DNA of 63,778 nt, filler included, from Circinaria calcarea (taxonomy: Eukaryota), in the NCBI GenBank assembly GCA_051942165.1. It is 54 parts of 54 records of this genome, joined end to end, with 100 filler letters (N's around TTAATTAATTAA, not from the genome) between each part and the next. Parts side by side here need not be neighbours in the genome. Positions count along the whole stretch, not along the records: positions 47,461 to 48,537 come from JAVECS010005368.1; positions 48,638 to 49,713 come from JAVECS010005369.1; positions 49,814 to 50,888 come from JAVECS010005370.1; positions 50,989 to 52,063 come from JAVECS010005371.1; positions 52,164 to 53,237 come from JAVECS010005372.1; positions 53,338 to 54,411 come from JAVECS010005373.1; positions 54,512 to 55,584 come from JAVECS010005374.1; positions 55,685 to 56,756 come from JAVECS010005375.1; 46 more parts are not named here. One strand, given 5' to 3'. Positions 48,397 through 62,193 of the stretch are shown here, one piece after another; the stretch's first letter is position 1; each line of letters starts with the position of its first letter. The notes below the pieces were generated by a model. The model had not been told where the DNA came from. It worked only from the letters and a program-made list of their open reading frames with translations, and made no database searches. Both the position numbers and the translations under genes were made by a program.

Positions 48397-49182
48397 AGAA
48401 GGCAGAGCAAGAAGCCTGCGCTGGATTTAGAGCTAGAGCTACAGCTACAGCGGAGCGGGATAGTACTCGGTATGGAAATTTTTTGGCGTCAAAGCGTACG
48501 TACGGTATTGTGCGGGAGAACGGGCTCCGAGGGGGGGNNNNNNNNNNNNNNNNNNNNNNNNNNNNNNNNNNNNNNNNNNNNTTAATTAATTAANNNNNNN
48601 NNNNNNNNNNNNNNNNNNNNNNNNNNNNNNNNNNNNNGCAACGGGAGAGTCAAAGACGTCGACGTGATCTATAGTGGATGGGAGGGAAATTACTAATTGG
48701 CTGTAAGAGTATATTGGCGGGAGCACATTGAGAGAGATAGCAAAGAGGGCGGCAATTTGGAAAGAGCTTGGAGTAGAGTTGGTGGCTAGACTGATCTGCG
48801 TCACATTCTTTTTTAGTCTTGTTAGGATTCGGCGTTGTCTATTTTTGTTCGGTCGCCTATACATTTCCTTTCTTTCTTTTTTTCCTTTGCCTTACTCCCG
48901 TTCTTGAACACCCCTAAAGGCTATCTAGTCTATCTCACTTGCGAATGCCTTGTTCTGCATTTTGGTTTTGTTCGGCGGACTTGGTTTTGAAAATTTTCCA
49001 TCCCAGGGTGATCCTATACTATCCTCATACTCTGTCATTTCTGTAGTCTTCGAGTCGAATCCACGTTAAAACATCTACGAATATCAGCTCTCAGGGCAGG
49101 GGGGCCATCTCAATCTCCCCCCTTGACTCGTGAGCGAATGTATCTACGGTGGCTAGATTCCCATAACCCAGCGTCCCCCCTC

Positions 49183-49405
49183 TGTAAGGGTCTCTACCAG
49201 AGAACCCCTACGAACCCTACAGGGGAATTATATACCGAGGTCACGGGGTATTGGCTTAGCGAGAAGGGGTTTTCTCGCGAAGCGTTATAATGGGAATTCT
49301 TTAGAAATAATTCATACGCTATACGAATCAATTGAGCACATTATTACACAATTTACCGACCCTTATTCGTAAGATCGTTATACTATTCGTAAAAGGATCT
49401 TTACA
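49183..49405 (+). mobile_element. Solo LTR family A, copy 2
   Basis: TGTAAGG...TTTACA termini; colinear with 10778-10997. Confidence 0.8.
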
Positions 49406-49813
49406 CCAATCCGATGGCGGCTATACGCAGTTTCAACGGTTTGAGAACTCAATAAATTAATTAATTATTATTATTACACTAGAAGAGCGGAAGAAGAAGA
49501 AGAAGAAAGATAAAGAAGAAGTGTGACTATATTCGAGTGAAAACTGAAAAGGTTTTTTTCTTTTTTCCCCCCCACTATACCATATGGTACGCCCCAAGAC
49601 GCTACCATAAGACGCTACCATAAGACGCCCAACTAAAACGAGGGAATCGCCACCCCACCCCCCCTACCCTATGGTAAGCCGTAGCGAGCCTGATAGCTAA
49701 CTTTGGAACTGAANNNNNNNNNNNNNNNNNNNNNNNNNNNNNNNNNNNNNNNNNNNNTTAATTAATTAANNNNNNNNNNNNNNNNNNNNNNNNNNNNNNN
49801 NNNNNNNNNNNNN

Positions 49814-50746
49814 TTTCAGCGTGCTGTCTCTGAGGGCGTTGACCCTGGTGTCTTCCTCTACAACGCCGTTATTGGCAAGCTCGGAAAAGCTCGTCGCATC
49901 GATGACTGTCTCTTCTACTTTGCCGATATGCAGGCTAGATCCATCCGGCCTAGCAGTGTCACGTACGGGACCTTGGTCAATGCTCTTTGCCGGACTAGTG
50001 AAGAGAGATTCGCTGAGGAAATGTTTGATGAGATGGAGTCGATGCCGAATTACCGCCCAAGGGCTGCACCATACAATTGCATCATCCAGTATTTTCTCAA
50101 CACCAAACGTGATAGAAGCAAAGTGCTTTCTTATTTCGAAAGAATGAAAACTCGCAATATCAAGCCAACTAGCCATACTTACAAGCTCCTCATTGAAGCA
50201 CACGCCTCCCTTGAGCCGATCGACTTGGAGGCAGCTGAGTCGATTTTCGTCGACATCAAAGCTTCGGGGATGCAGCCAGAAGCCGTACACTATGGCTCTC
50301 TTATTCATGCCAAAGGCTGCGTGCTGCACGATATGGCTGGTGCACGTGAGATCTTCGATTCATTTCTCACTAACGGCGCCATCCGTCCAAGTGACAACCT
50401 GTATCAGAATCTCTTTGAGGCTATGGTAGCCAATCGTCAAGTCGCCGAAACATCGGAAATGCTGAAAGATATGAATGCTCGGGGCGTTACCATGACGGCT
50501 TACATCGCCAATACGCTAATTCACGGCTGGGCCGCTGAAGGCGATCTCGCAAAAGCACACCAGATCTACGACAAATTGGGACTGGAAAAACGTGAGCCCA
50601 GCACCTACGAAGCCATGACTCGCGCATGTCTGTCGCATGGTGACCATGACGGCGCATCCTATGTTGTGCAGGAAATGCTGCGCAAGGGTTATCCTGCAGC
50701 TGTGACCGAAAAGATCCTTGTTCTTATTGGCAGCAACACCGCTTAG
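49814..50746 (+). CDS. Pentatricopeptide repeat protein (Ppr5-like), C-terminal part
   Basis: Tandem ~35-aa motifs 'LYNAVIGKLGKARRIDD', 'PSSVTYGTLVNALCR', 'PTSHTYKLLIEAH', 'PSTYEAMTRA'. Confidence 0.92.
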   Translation, partial: FQRAVSEGVDPGVFLYNAVIGKLGKARRIDDCLFYFADMQARSIRPSSVTYGTLVNALCRTSEERFAEEMFDEMESMPNYRPRAAPYNCIIQYFLNTKRDRSKVLSYFERMKTRNIKPTSHTYKLLIEAHASLEPIDLEAAESIFVDIKASGMQPEAVHYGSLIHAKGCVLHDMAGAREIFDSFLTNGAIRPSDNLYQNLFEAMVANRQVAETSEMLKDMNARGVTMTAYIANTLIHGWAAEGDLAKAHQIYDKLGLEKREPSTYEAMTRACLSHGDHDGASYVVQEMLRKGYPAAVTEKILVLIGSNTA

Positions 50747-51465
50747 CCACCGCGCCATTTTACACCTCTAAAGGGCTTTTTCGATTCAACTCAAGCAGGA
50801 CTTGTTTTTCCGATCTGTAAATATACTTTTGTCTGCGAGATACTCCGGAGGAGATTACGACTTGATGATTTCGCCGGCAATCTAGGGGNNNNNNNNNNNN
50901 NNNNNNNNNNNNNNNNNNNNNNNNNNNNNNNNTTAATTAATTAANNNNNNNNNNNNNNNNNNNNNNNNNNNNNNNNNNNNNNNNNNNNATATAAAGCTCC
51001 CTCTCCCCCGCTGGGGGAAGGGGGAAAAAAAAAAAAGGACTCTAGTCCTTCTCCGTGCTCGACCTCGACCTTGATCTCGAACCAAATCTCCCTCAACTAG
51101 CCAAAACCCCTCGCCGTTCAGAACTAGCCAAAATTAGCGGAAAACTAGGGGCCTTATTAAATAATATCTTTTATCATCATTACTATAACCATCTATCATC
51201 ATCACCAGTGTTCTTATTATTAGAAACTTTAGCACTGAATATCCTGAAGGCGACGGTTAAACTTAAGGATGAAACGAGGAATTACCTATGGGCAAAGGCA
51301 GAAGGAACAGATATCTAAGAAATTCTTTAGGCCATTGAGGCGCAAGTTATGGTATTTTATGGCTTACGATCGGTTGTTAGCAGGGCATAAAGCATATCTA
51401 TATAAGGACGCTGCAATCCTTGGGGCCTATTGAGGAATATAATAAGTCCCGATTGGTGATAGCAC

Positions 51466-51775
51466 GATTACATAGGACGTAGTTAAACTATTGTCCTAGG
51501 CTTAATATATAAAGAATATATTAAACTCGTTATGGGTTTATAAGCATGCTATTCTAAAGAACGAGGAATAGCCTGCCTATATACTAGGGTTGCTTAGGTG
51601 GCTTAGACGGCTGCCCCGTCTGATCCTCCTGAGCCTCCTGAACATATTATTCCTATGCTCAGAAGGCTCCGATGCTAAGCGCCTCTAAGCACTCTAAGCA
51701 CCTGTGTCGGGTTGTTCCGCCCCGACGGTAGGCTGCCTTTGGTTAGTTGGGTTAGTATGGCGTGGCGCCATAATA
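51466..51775 (-). mobile_element. Solo LTR family B copy, followed by a RIP-like AT tract
   Basis: First ~110 bp colinear with 27393-27505; ends GGCGCCATAATA. Confidence 0.7.
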
Positions 51776-52592
51776 ATCTACTTCTAATTATAGAGAAGGC
51801 GGAATCCGGGGTGCATGAACGATTCTTCAGCTTTAAAATAAAAATAAAAATATTAAAAATATATATAAAACCGTAAAATACTTTATTTAAAAAATATTTA
51901 AAATTAAAATATATAATAATATAAAGCACGAGTAATATAATAATTATATTTAATATATACGAGAATTAATTATTATAAAAAAAATATACGAATAAATTTT
52001 TTTTTAAAATATATATTAAAATTATAAGGATCCTTTACGATTAATATAATAATTTTACGAAAANNNNNNNNNNNNNNNNNNNNNNNNNNNNNNNNNNNNN
52101 NNNNNNNTTAATTAATTAANNNNNNNNNNNNNNNNNNNNNNNNNNNNNNNNNNNNNNNNNNNNCAGGGGTTTATTCTTTTCAAGAAAAAAAACGTTTGAG
52201 TCGAGTCTCCTTTCTTTGTGGTATAAGGGGATGGATTTTCTAAATTCTCTCTACGAGTCCGATTTGCGATATCGAGATTTTGAGTTTTGTTGAAGGAGGG
52301 AATAATTATTATACCATAACGGCATACCAAAACTCTTTTACGTTACATCCTGTACTGTACCATACTGTACTGTATTATACTATACGGTAGATTTCTCCAA
52401 AAGCCGCTCAAAGGTGGTTGGGAGGATTTTTTTCCCTCGATTCGGTTGTCCTAAGAAATCTTTATTATTTTAATTTTTTTTTAAAAAAAAAAAGAAATAT
52501 GGTTTTTTTCATTTTTAAAATTTCGCCGGTTTACAGTAAATTAATATCAAAACGTGGGGGGGAATTTTCTTTTTAAAATTTTTTTTTTACCA

Positions 52593-52840
52593 TATTATGG
52601 CGTGCCATGCCATACCTGGGAAAAGGATAAGTAAGGATAAGCTCCGGATCGGAGGAACCCCCGGACCGGTTGCTCAGTATGTTCTACTCATGAAGGTGAG
52701 CAAGGTGAGCACGGAGGGTTACTCGGTATGCTCATGGAGGGGTGAGTAAGGTGAATACCGTACTATATAGGTGGGCTATTCCCGCTCTTTAGAATAGTAT
52801 GCTTATAGCCATATATATGGAACAATAATAAACCAATATT
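52593..52840 (+). mobile_element. LTR family B copy, opposite orientation
   Basis: Starts TATTATGGCG; contains CTCTTTAGAATAGTATGCTTATAG. Confidence 0.65.
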
Positions 52841-53337
52841 ACGTTCCTAGTAATCGTGCACATCGGAGCGACTCTATCCCTTTATACAAGTCTAGCATAT
52901 CCTAGCACCCTTACACGGCCTGTACTATTGGCATGGCAGCTTTAGAAACACACTGAGATGATAGGTAGAGTGATAGGGGGGTACTCGATTCTTGGCTGTT
53001 GAAAGGATTCATGCGACTGACTGCCTCTGCTAATTCTATCTACACCATTCCATTTCCCTTTTACCTTTTTCCCATTCCCAATTCCCCTCCTCATCCGCCC
53101 TTGTCCCTGCGTGCAGAGCCAAAACATCTCCATTATCCCAACGATGGACTCCCACTCACAACCCCCTTCCCCTTCCACATCGAAGCACCTCCAGAACCCC
53201 ATCCCCCGCCCAGAACACCACCGGCCGGACTCATTGGNNNNNNNNNNNNNNNNNNNNNNNNNNNNNNNNNNNNNNNNNNNNTTAATTAATTAANNNNNNN
53301 NNNNNNNNNNNNNNNNNNNNNNNNNNNNNNNNNNNNN

Positions 53338-54411
53338 GAGGCGGAGGAGGTCGAGTGTGGGGGGGAGAGGTAGCCTGAGTGGGTGTGGGTGTGGGTGTGG
53401 GTGTCGGTGCCGTCTGGGTCGTGCTCGTGGTCGTCCTTGGCATCGGATGTGGCTGCGGCTTCTCGTTCTTCCCTTTCCATCTCCCGCGCGACGAGGTTTT
53501 GGATTTCGGCGGGTACGCGAACCCAGGCGAAAGTGCGGAGTTGCGTTACCCAGCCTCCGCGCATCAGCCAGGCCAGGATCTCAAGGTAGGCTTCCTTGTG
53601 GTCTTTGCTTGGAATGAGAGTGGCATATGGTCGTGGCGTGGCGGAGAGAAGGCTGAGAATCTTCGGCAAAGAAGGCAAAGTTGGAAAGAGACGAGCGTAA
53701 GTTGTGCATGCTGAACGCAGCTTCCGCATGTCGGCGTTGGGAGAGACAATGTACGTATCTCGCTGATGTAATGGGGGGACAGCCCGAGCGCGTCGCCAGT
53801 AGATCAGATGGGAAGCGAGAAACTGAATGTCCGTAAGAGGTATCCCTGAGGATTGTGAGATTTGGACAAAGGACTTTGTGGGCTTGCTAACGCGGAGGTA
53901 GTGGGTGAGAGGTCCGGTGAGGGGAGAAGCCGTGGTGGTGACGTCGGCGAGAATTGATGGGAGGTCGGATAATAGCAGGAGAGCGAAGTGAGAGGCGAGT
54001 TGAGAGCTGCTGGGGTGAACCTCGTCGTCGCCAATGATCGAGGTCGCTGTTGTCAACCAAAGGCCAGGCAGTTGTGGAGATGTGGGTGTTGGAAGGGTAG
54101 AGATCGAAGTTGGGATGGGTATCTGAAGGGAGAGGGATAGGGTTGGGGTTAGGGTGATATGGGCGATGCGGGAGGTTGAGATACTGGTGTATAAAGTTGC
54201 AATTGCTTTTGCGAGGCTTGATTGCTTGATCTTCTGTTGAATAGACGTATCTAGGGTTATGAGAAGGGTGACTCTCAGTGGAAGAGAGGATAGTTAGACC
54301 AAGCTTACCTCCCCGTGCTTCTAGTTCACGGATTTTGATAGCCTCCTTGAGGACATAATCTGACCGAGTCTGTTCCCATTTCAAGGCCCGCGAGAACTTT
54401 TTGACGACATT
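53338..54411 (-). CDS. NPR3: Nitrogen permease regulator 3 (SEACIT/GATOR1), internal fragment
   Basis: 'LASHLIYWRRARAVPPLHQRDTYIVSPNAD', 'IPSKDHKEAYLEILAWLMRGGWVTQLRTF'. Confidence 0.92.
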
Positions 54412-55196
54412 NNNNNNNNNNNNNNNNNNNNNNNNNNNNNNNNNNNNNNNNNNNNTTAATTAATTAANNNNNNNNNNNNNNNNNNNNNNNNNNNNNNNNN
54501 NNNNNNNNNNNCCCCCCCCTCGGCCCTTGATTCCTACGCTTGTCTCTTTTTAGCCCCCGTTTCCCTTAATATAAACGAATTTCGAGCGAAAAATAATTAC
54601 TCGCCGTTTTGCACAGATCGCTCGGAAAAAAATTCTTAAATGATCGCGCTGAATCGTTGCGAAAAGAAAATAATTAATAATAAAAACCATGTTATTTTAC
54701 AAATAAAAACGTGGTGTAATGTAATTTATAAAAAAAATATATTATTTCAGATATCGTGTGCTATTTATTCCAGATAGATTGGCCCAAAACTATGTGCTAT
54801 CTTAGATATTTGCCGTATTTTTCGTAACCTTTTAAACCGTTTTGCTCAGGCGGGACAGAACCGTGCACCGTACAGGGGTTTCGAGCACTTATAAATTCTT
54901 TAATTCCGGCCAATCGACGGAGGAAGAAATGCCCATTTCCATTAGTAATTTCTGCGGGACGTTGCGCTCGATATGCTGCAAAATGCCCCGAATCTCCCGC
55001 CTGCCACACTGTTGGGGGAAAAAAACAGGCATTAATCTAATCTATTCTACTTCGTCGCTTACTGGGCCAGTGATATACCTATCAACCTGTAGAATGAATC
55101 TCACGACAGAAAGAAACTCTTCGGCCAATAGTCTCAATTCTGTACCCCAGCGCAGAAGGTTCCCCCCTCCCCGCAACCCTACCGCAAGCTTCTTGC

Positions 55197-55584
55197 CTAA
55201 AAGACCAGCGTGTCCCACATCTGATTCGAGAATCTCGCCTTCAGATCCCCAAGCCCCCAGCCCTGCATGACCCCAATCTCCGCCAGCACATCCTTGAACT
55301 CCCGAATCTCCTCCTTGTACGCCACCTCCCTCAGGAAAACCTTTGCCTCCGTGCCGCCCATCTGCAAGCTCGTCCACTCCTTTGCCCAATGCGGGCGTAC
55401 CTTGGGATTCGCGCCGATGCCCTTGCCGGCTGCACCCTCCTTCACATTGACCGTCGGGCAACCCGCCCACTTCTCGTACACCTTCTGGCAAAACCCCTCC
55501 CATTCGCCATCGGTCACGGCGTCCGGGACGGTGAGAATCTCGATGCTAGCGGTGCCGAGGGTGTTGCCGCGCTGGGGCGCCAGG
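55197..55584 (-). CDS. FAD-linked oxidase (ALO-like) C-terminus
   Basis: 'SIEILT...RPHWAKEW...RFSN' C-terminal motifs. Confidence 0.7.
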
Positions 55585-56014
55585 NNNNNNNNNNNNNNNN
55601 NNNNNNNNNNNNNNNNNNNNNNNNNNNNTTAATTAATTAANNNNNNNNNNNNNNNNNNNNNNNNNNNNNNNNNNNNNNNNNNNNGTTTGTGAAGACGATT
55701 CTGTGCTGGATTGTGCTGAGGACAGCTTGCGGCAAAAAGGGACTATCGATACTGCATGGAAGCTTTGAGCACACCATTCAGTGGCATGTGCGCTGCTTTG
55801 GTAGGTGAGTTGGCACTGGATAGGCATCATGCGTGGTGTACTGAACAATGGTACTTGTCCGGAAGGAGACTTTGGATTCTAGAGATAGATCATGCTCTTG
55901 GTTTTGGTCCTCAAAAAGGTGTTCTGACACCTATAAATGAACCACACTTTGCTGAGGAGATCGAGAGTCGAAGAGAAAGGTCGGTATGGCTCTATTACAT
56001 GCAGTGACGAAAGC

Positions 56015-56756
56015 TCAAGACCCGAGACGTAACTTCTCTTTCAGCCTGCTCATCTTACCCCTGGTGCTCTCATCCTCGACGGGCAGCTCACCTAGTGCCG
56101 GATCAGGTGTGGCTGGACTAAGCTCGCGCCCGAGACCTTTCTCCGAGCGCAAACCTGTAAGTAGGATGGGTCAGTTAAGAGTTGCTGGGATAGTGTGGAG
56201 GAGGGACTGCCATACGTTCAGCTTCTTGTCCAGCTCCAGGCTTCGCAGCATCGAAATCGCCACCATCCGCAGCAAGGCCAGTACTCTTTCTGGACGATGA
56301 CACTCCTTGTGCTCTAGGTAAAGGAACTCCAGCTCTGTCATTGGACTCTATTCCTGTAAGATCTGGCTCCCTCCCAGCCTGCTCGTCGAACTTTTCCACC
56401 CTCTCCTTGTCCGCCTTGATGGCTTCTATTTCGGTTGCTGATGGCTCGTCAGTGAGGCGGCTCGCTCCTTGATGTTCAAATTCAGGTTGAGGGGCGGAGG
56501 AGGGATCTCCGACCGATTGGACGCCGGGCACATTCTCGACGGCAGGGGTGGGACCTACGTTGGTGGAGGATGATTCTGTCTTCATCCTTTGAGTCCCTTC
56601 GGCAGGTTGATATGCCCCGCTTGACTTTGTCGTAGCCGCTGCTTCGTCCGGGTTTTCTGCAAGTTGAGTTGAGGATAAATCCTACGCGACTTCAATCGGT
56701 GGGGGCCTACCTGATGCGTTGCCACCGTCATAAGGTTGATCAGCTGTACCCGATCC
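56015..56756 (-). CDS. Conserved fungal hydrophilic protein C-terminus (multi-exon)
   Basis: 'STGLAADGGDFDAAKPGAGQEAER' and last exon 'KMSRLKEKLRLGS*'. Confidence 0.65.
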
Positions 56757-56996
56757 NNNNNNNNNNNNNNNNNNNNNNNNNNNNNNNNNNNNNNNNNNNN
56801 TTAATTAATTAANNNNNNNNNNNNNNNNNNNNNNNNNNNNNNNNNNNNNNNNNNNNGCCGCCACGCTCAATAGAACGGGCACAATTTGGACATCATTAGC
56901 TCGAACCGTTACTGTCAGGATCACAACCATCCCTGCCCGCTCCACCTCCGAACATCACACCCCTACTTGTCTGCAGACGGAAAGCGAAATAGCGGA

Positions 56997-57606
56997 ATGT
57001 GTAGGGTCACAAGAGTCAAAAATTGCTGTGGGCATATCAACGACCACGTCGAAATGGTGTGCCTAAGCGCAAAACCGAGATCTCCTTTGTCGCGCGAAAT
57101 CGTTCTGAGTGATAGAACGAACCGCGCGATTGGTGTGGACAGCAATTCCCCATATCTGGATCCAAGCAAGCTGGCAAAACCAATACCTGTGTCGGCGGCT
57201 ACTCAGTAAGCGGCTTTGGCATTACATGCTGCTGCAAGGCGATATGTAATGGCATGATCGGAAATTTGCTAAATGTATGGCTTTAGGAATGGCACCATTA
57301 CCACAACATCTGCCGATGCCAATGATAGTGGTTTTCATGCTAGTACTCAACCATACTGCATCGATGCTACCATTAGAGTCTTGGCACCGGAGCACGTCTC
57401 GAAAGAGTACCAATGTATGGTAGAGGGATGCGGTCACTGCGGATGATCGGGGATGCGAGTATGATGCTGCTGTGGAGTTTGTATGGCTACAATTCAACGG
57501 AAGGGGATTTAGAGCGAATGAGAAACGTTTGGCAAAGTCCCTAAGGCGGCGTTGCACCAAAAAAGGTGTCGAGGAAGGTAGTGTGTACACAGCGTTCTGG
57601 CGGTGA
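56997..57606 (+). CDS. Hypothetical Cys-containing protein (exon structure uncertain)
   Basis: 'MCRV....CCGH' start resembles small fungal Cys-rich proteins; GTAAG donor near 57206. Confidence 0.3.
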
Positions 57607-58543
57607 GCAGAAGGACGCCCAGGGGCTGCGTTCCTTAAAATTGCAGCAGATCTGGTACTACCATTTTGTCATCTTTTGGAGGCCTCTTCCTGCATTGCTC
57701 AATTCTCTCGTCACAATTTCCGCCTCAGAATATCGTCCTTGATTCGTCGTACTGCTGTAGAGTTGTGTACTGTGTCCTTCGCACCTAGATCCATACATCA
57801 TGTTTTTCTCTGCTGGCTCAATATCGTAGACGCTTACGGAGTACCATGTTCAAGAAAGCAAAGGCAAAGCAAAGAAAGCGGCTGGACCGGTTGCCTAGAC
57901 GACGTCTTGGCGCCGGCACTATCAACACNNNNNNNNNNNNNNNNNNNNNNNNNNNNNNNNNNNNNNNNNNNNTTAATTAATTAANNNNNNNNNNNNNNNN
58001 NNNNNNNNNNNNNNNNNNNNNNNNNNNNGGTAGAGAGAGGGAGAGGGAGACTAAAGGTAGATTTCGTTAAGAGATTTTAGAATAGATGGGAGTGATTTAT
58101 AAAAAGGGGAAAGGTAATGGAAGATGAGATATAAATGACCGATATCTTTCTACGAGCCCATCAGGCTTCTTCTTCTCATTGAGAGTAATAGATAGACACA
58201 TGACTAGAGGGGAGTTCCAGTTCCCAGTTCCCCCTCTCGATTGGGAAACAAACAAAAATGAAAAAGATTATAAATCGGGAACTTGGTTTGCCACCTGTTA
58301 ATCTTAAAGGCTCCAGTAAGTTTTTTTTTGGCAAAGTGTTGATAAGGTAGTCTGTTTCCAAAAAGGGCACTTGATCTGCCAATTATTCATCAACATTGGA
58401 CAATCTATACATGTGTGTGTCCGTTCATATATTCATCGACCTGGTTGCCTCCATGGTCTTGGTATCCAAAACCCTCAGTTTGCGCCTTCCCTAATGCTAT
58501 GCCTCCCCCCCCAATCGCTCAAACACCCTGAATGCGCGCTTCG

Positions 58544-59099
58544 CTAATACAAGACCAATGCAGCCAGAAATGCACATATACCAAGCACCTCTCCAAACAC
58601 GCCTCTTGAGCTAGCAGCCCCGGTCACGGTGGTTTTCAAGACATTGACAGTGGACGGTTGAGCCGAGTTTGCCGCTTTCTGACCGACGCTAACGCCGGCT
58701 GTCGAAGATGGTCCTCCCGGTCCGGGCGTGATCAGGAAACCTTGCTCGTTGTAGCTCTTGGACGCTGTAGCCCGCCCAGCAGGTTCGATGACGGTAGTGG
58801 GGAAACCCTGCTGGTTGTATCTTATTACTGTTTCAGAGCCACCTTCCGCCGCCAAACCAGAAGCCGGCGGCAAGGCTACTGCAGACAAGGTAGATGAGGC
58901 GGGAGGGGATGTCGACTTGAACAAGACAGGTCAGCATCACTTGCTTCAATACGCAAAAAATTGAGATAGGGGATGGCTCACTCACAGGCGCCGCACTTGG
59001 CGGTACGACTTTACCGGACGCAGTGAGAGTCCAGCCACTTGGTAAACCTGGGATCGTTGTTGCCGTCGACGTCAAGGTTGACAAAGTCGTAGGATTTGC
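58544..59099 (-). CDS. Ser/Thr-rich, probably GPI-anchored, protein C-terminus
   Basis: Repeated 'YN.QGF' motif, small-residue omega region and hydrophobic tail 'VLGICAFLAALVLY*'. Confidence 0.75.
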
Positions 59100-59199
59100 N
59101 NNNNNNNNNNNNNNNNNNNNNNNNNNNNNNNNNNNNNNNNNNNTTAATTAATTAANNNNNNNNNNNNNNNNNNNNNNNNNNNNNNNNNNNNNNNNNNNN

Positions 59200-60270
59200 A
59201 CTGGTGAAGCTAGGATGGCCGATTGCACGGATACCAAGCCTGGCACCGCATTTCGGTATTGCAGCCGAGGGTCAGGCAAACAAGGAGACGAGGATGGTAC
59301 CCATCATAGGTTTGGACAACTCAGACCTCGGTGAAAGCAAGACGGAAGAAGAGCGAAAGCCCAGCATCTTAGGCGGAGCAGGTACCTTCACTGCTACTCA
59401 TCCGCCGAGACTCGTCAAAGCGATTGCCAGCGAGATGGGTATTCAAGACTGTACGTGAGACTTGTCGAGAATTGGGCACATGTCACTGATAAGGGGTAGA
59501 CGGCAGCATCGTTAATTGGGAACTCGAGGTCTTCGACACTCAACCAGCTCAACTAGGTGGTCTGGATAAAGAATTTATCTTTGCTGGCCGAATAGATGAC
59601 AAGCTGTGCTCCTTCTCCGCAATCGAAGCTCTCCTTGCAACCTCATCGAATTCCTCGACAGTGACAGGCGGCGATAGCCCAGACGACGACAGCGGCATAA
59701 TCAGAATGGTTGGCCTGTTCGATGACGAAGAAGTCGGTTCTCTCCTACGCCAGGGTGCACGCAGTAACTTCCTTCCATTGACAATTGAACGGATAATCGA
59801 GGCACTTGCAGATGGGAAGTTTGGAGCCAATTTGCTGTCTCAAACCTACGCCAACAGCTTTTTGATCTCAGCGGATGTGACTCATGCAGGTATGATGAGA
59901 ATGAGTCAAGGTTAGAAATCAGCTAACGACTGTACAGTAAACCCAAACTATCTAGATGTCTATCTAGAAGGTCATATGCCGCGCCTGAACGTTGGAGTTT
60001 CCGTACAGGCAGATAGCAACGCCCACATGACATCTGGTATCAAACCCCTCCTTAAAACCTAGCCGAGAAAGATGCTAACGTGAGACAAGACGGTTTCTCC
60101 ACCGCCTTCCTCCAACGGATCGCAGAGAAATCGGATTCCGTCCTCCAAGTCTTCCAGATCCGCAACGACAGCCGAAGCGGAGGGACCGTCGGTCCCATGC
60201 TTTCCGCCATGACGGGTATCCGAGCCATCGACGCCGGTCTTCCTCAGTTGAGTATGCATTCGATACGCGC
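59200..60270 (+). CDS. APE1: M18 aminopeptidase (vacuolar aminopeptidase I, Ape1/Lap4-like), internal exons
   Basis: 'ARIPSLAPHFG', 'GRIDDKLC', 'FDDEEVGS', 'SADVTHA', 'SGGTVGP', 'LSMHSIR'. Confidence 0.9.
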
Positions 60271-61540
60271 NNNNNNNNNNNNNNNNNNNNNNNNNNNNNN
60301 NNNNNNNNNNNNNNTTAATTAATTAANNNNNNNNNNNNNNNNNNNNNNNNNNNNNNNNNNNNNNNNNNNNCGCGCATGGCTACCGAAATAGAAACGTCGG
60401 TATTGGTGATCGCGAACGAAGGATACCCCTTTGCTGTATCGCAAGCGAAAGGCAATGAGGAGGTTTTCCAAATCGCATCGCATCGCATCGCTCACCTTGG
60501 TATGCTGCAGAGTGTTCATACTTGAAGAATATATGGAGGAACTAACCATCGTATAGAAGATTATGCTGACACAGATCCCAAACTGAGAATCATCACATCA
60601 GAACAGATCGGAGGTGACGCCGCGCGCAAGCTGTACTATAATTGTCTTCTTGTAGTATGCTTGGAAAGACACTCGGCACACGATGATGCCCTTTCTTCCT
60701 GCCTCTATTCTGGATGGGTAACCTCCCCAATCATCAAACGGAAGGGTGCCCAGCAGTAGCAAAGCTAGTGATCATGGTATTTTAGTTCTCGATTAGCAGT
60801 TTTGCAAACTGCCAGCCATGGAATGCCCGAATATGGAAGGCCAGATGAAGTTGACGGATGCAAGTATTACCTTTCCGATATGGTATAGTATGGGGACTAG
60901 GGAAGCGGCTATGGTACCATCACCTAACTGGTTGAATAATTAATCCCAGATTTTTACACCTCGATCCTATTCAAAATGATATTTGCGCTGATTCTGTTAC
61001 AGTACGACTTTTCAAGCTTGCTAACCCTCAAAGCACCCCGTACATTCGCATTTCGCACCGCATCGGTACCGCGTTCAGACAACAAAGTTTGCTTCCGGAG
61101 GCGTAGTGATTCGCCCTTTTATCTAAATGTTGGAAAATCATAGCTACTTATAATGGGAGAGCCCTGGGTGAAGCAAGTAGACAAAGCCAGCTACTCTTAA
61201 CGGCTCAAGGGGTGCTCCACTGACCTCTAAATAGCCCGTGGTGGAGCTCTATCAAAGTAGAATCCGATTCATTATTGTAACCGCAAGATAGACTAAGATA
61301 GATGGAATTGAAGAGAATTGTGCGCTCGCTTCAGCTTTAAGTCTTCCCCTTTCTTCTTAGATTCACTGATTTCTGCTCCATCGCCCACTCAACCCCCTTC
61401 CTTATACCCCCATCAATATCCTGGATTGGCACATACTCAANNNNNNNNNNNNNNNNNNNNNNNNNNNNNNNNNNNNNNNNNNNNTTAATTAATTAANNNN
61501 NNNNNNNNNNNNNNNNNNNNNNNNNNNNNNNNNNNNNNNN

Positions 61541-61589
61541 TATAATTCACCCGTAGGGTTTATAGGGGTTCTCGGGTAGAATTTTTATA
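61541..61589 (-). mobile_element. Terminal fragment of LTR family A
   Basis: TATAATTCACCCGTAGGGTTTATAGGGGTTCTCGGGTAGA matches the reverse complement of the start of copy 1. Confidence 0.7.
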
Positions 61590-62193
61590 AAATATTTTAA
61601 TAACCGAGACCGGCCTTAAACTACGTATAGCGTGGGTGTTATACCCTATACGTAGGGCTGTACGGCGCCCGCAGGCGCCCCCTGAAAGCTGCCTTTGCGA
61701 AATTGGCCGAAAATAGGCGAATATCATAATTGAAGGACATGGAGAAGATAGCGGGGAAACAGCGCTAATTAGGCGTGCCTTTCTCTCCATATCTCAGCCA
61801 TCCCCCGAGTATTCTTCCACACAGAGTGCACATTAGGCAACGCATTACATATACAGAAGTTCTGTAGTATTTCATAGAAGTATTCCATAGCACCTTTATT
61901 ACATACATTCCGGTCATACCGTGGAGCTTATTGAAGACGTAGCGCCCTCCCTATAATGCTCCTCCTTTCTATCTACACCGACGGCTATAAAGCTGGCGAT
62001 TGCTGGCCTAGGCCTCCTCTGCAAAAGTCCCAAGGTGGAAATCCTTTTACTCACTAAATACTCGAGCGGCTCGACCTTCTTCGTACAACGAGCGATAGCA
62101 CCAGCAATTATGAGGGTCTCGAGGAGGACTACTCTTGCATGCAGCAGCGATTAGCTGAAAACGGCGTAGCCTTTAAGCAACGATGCGGTTCCA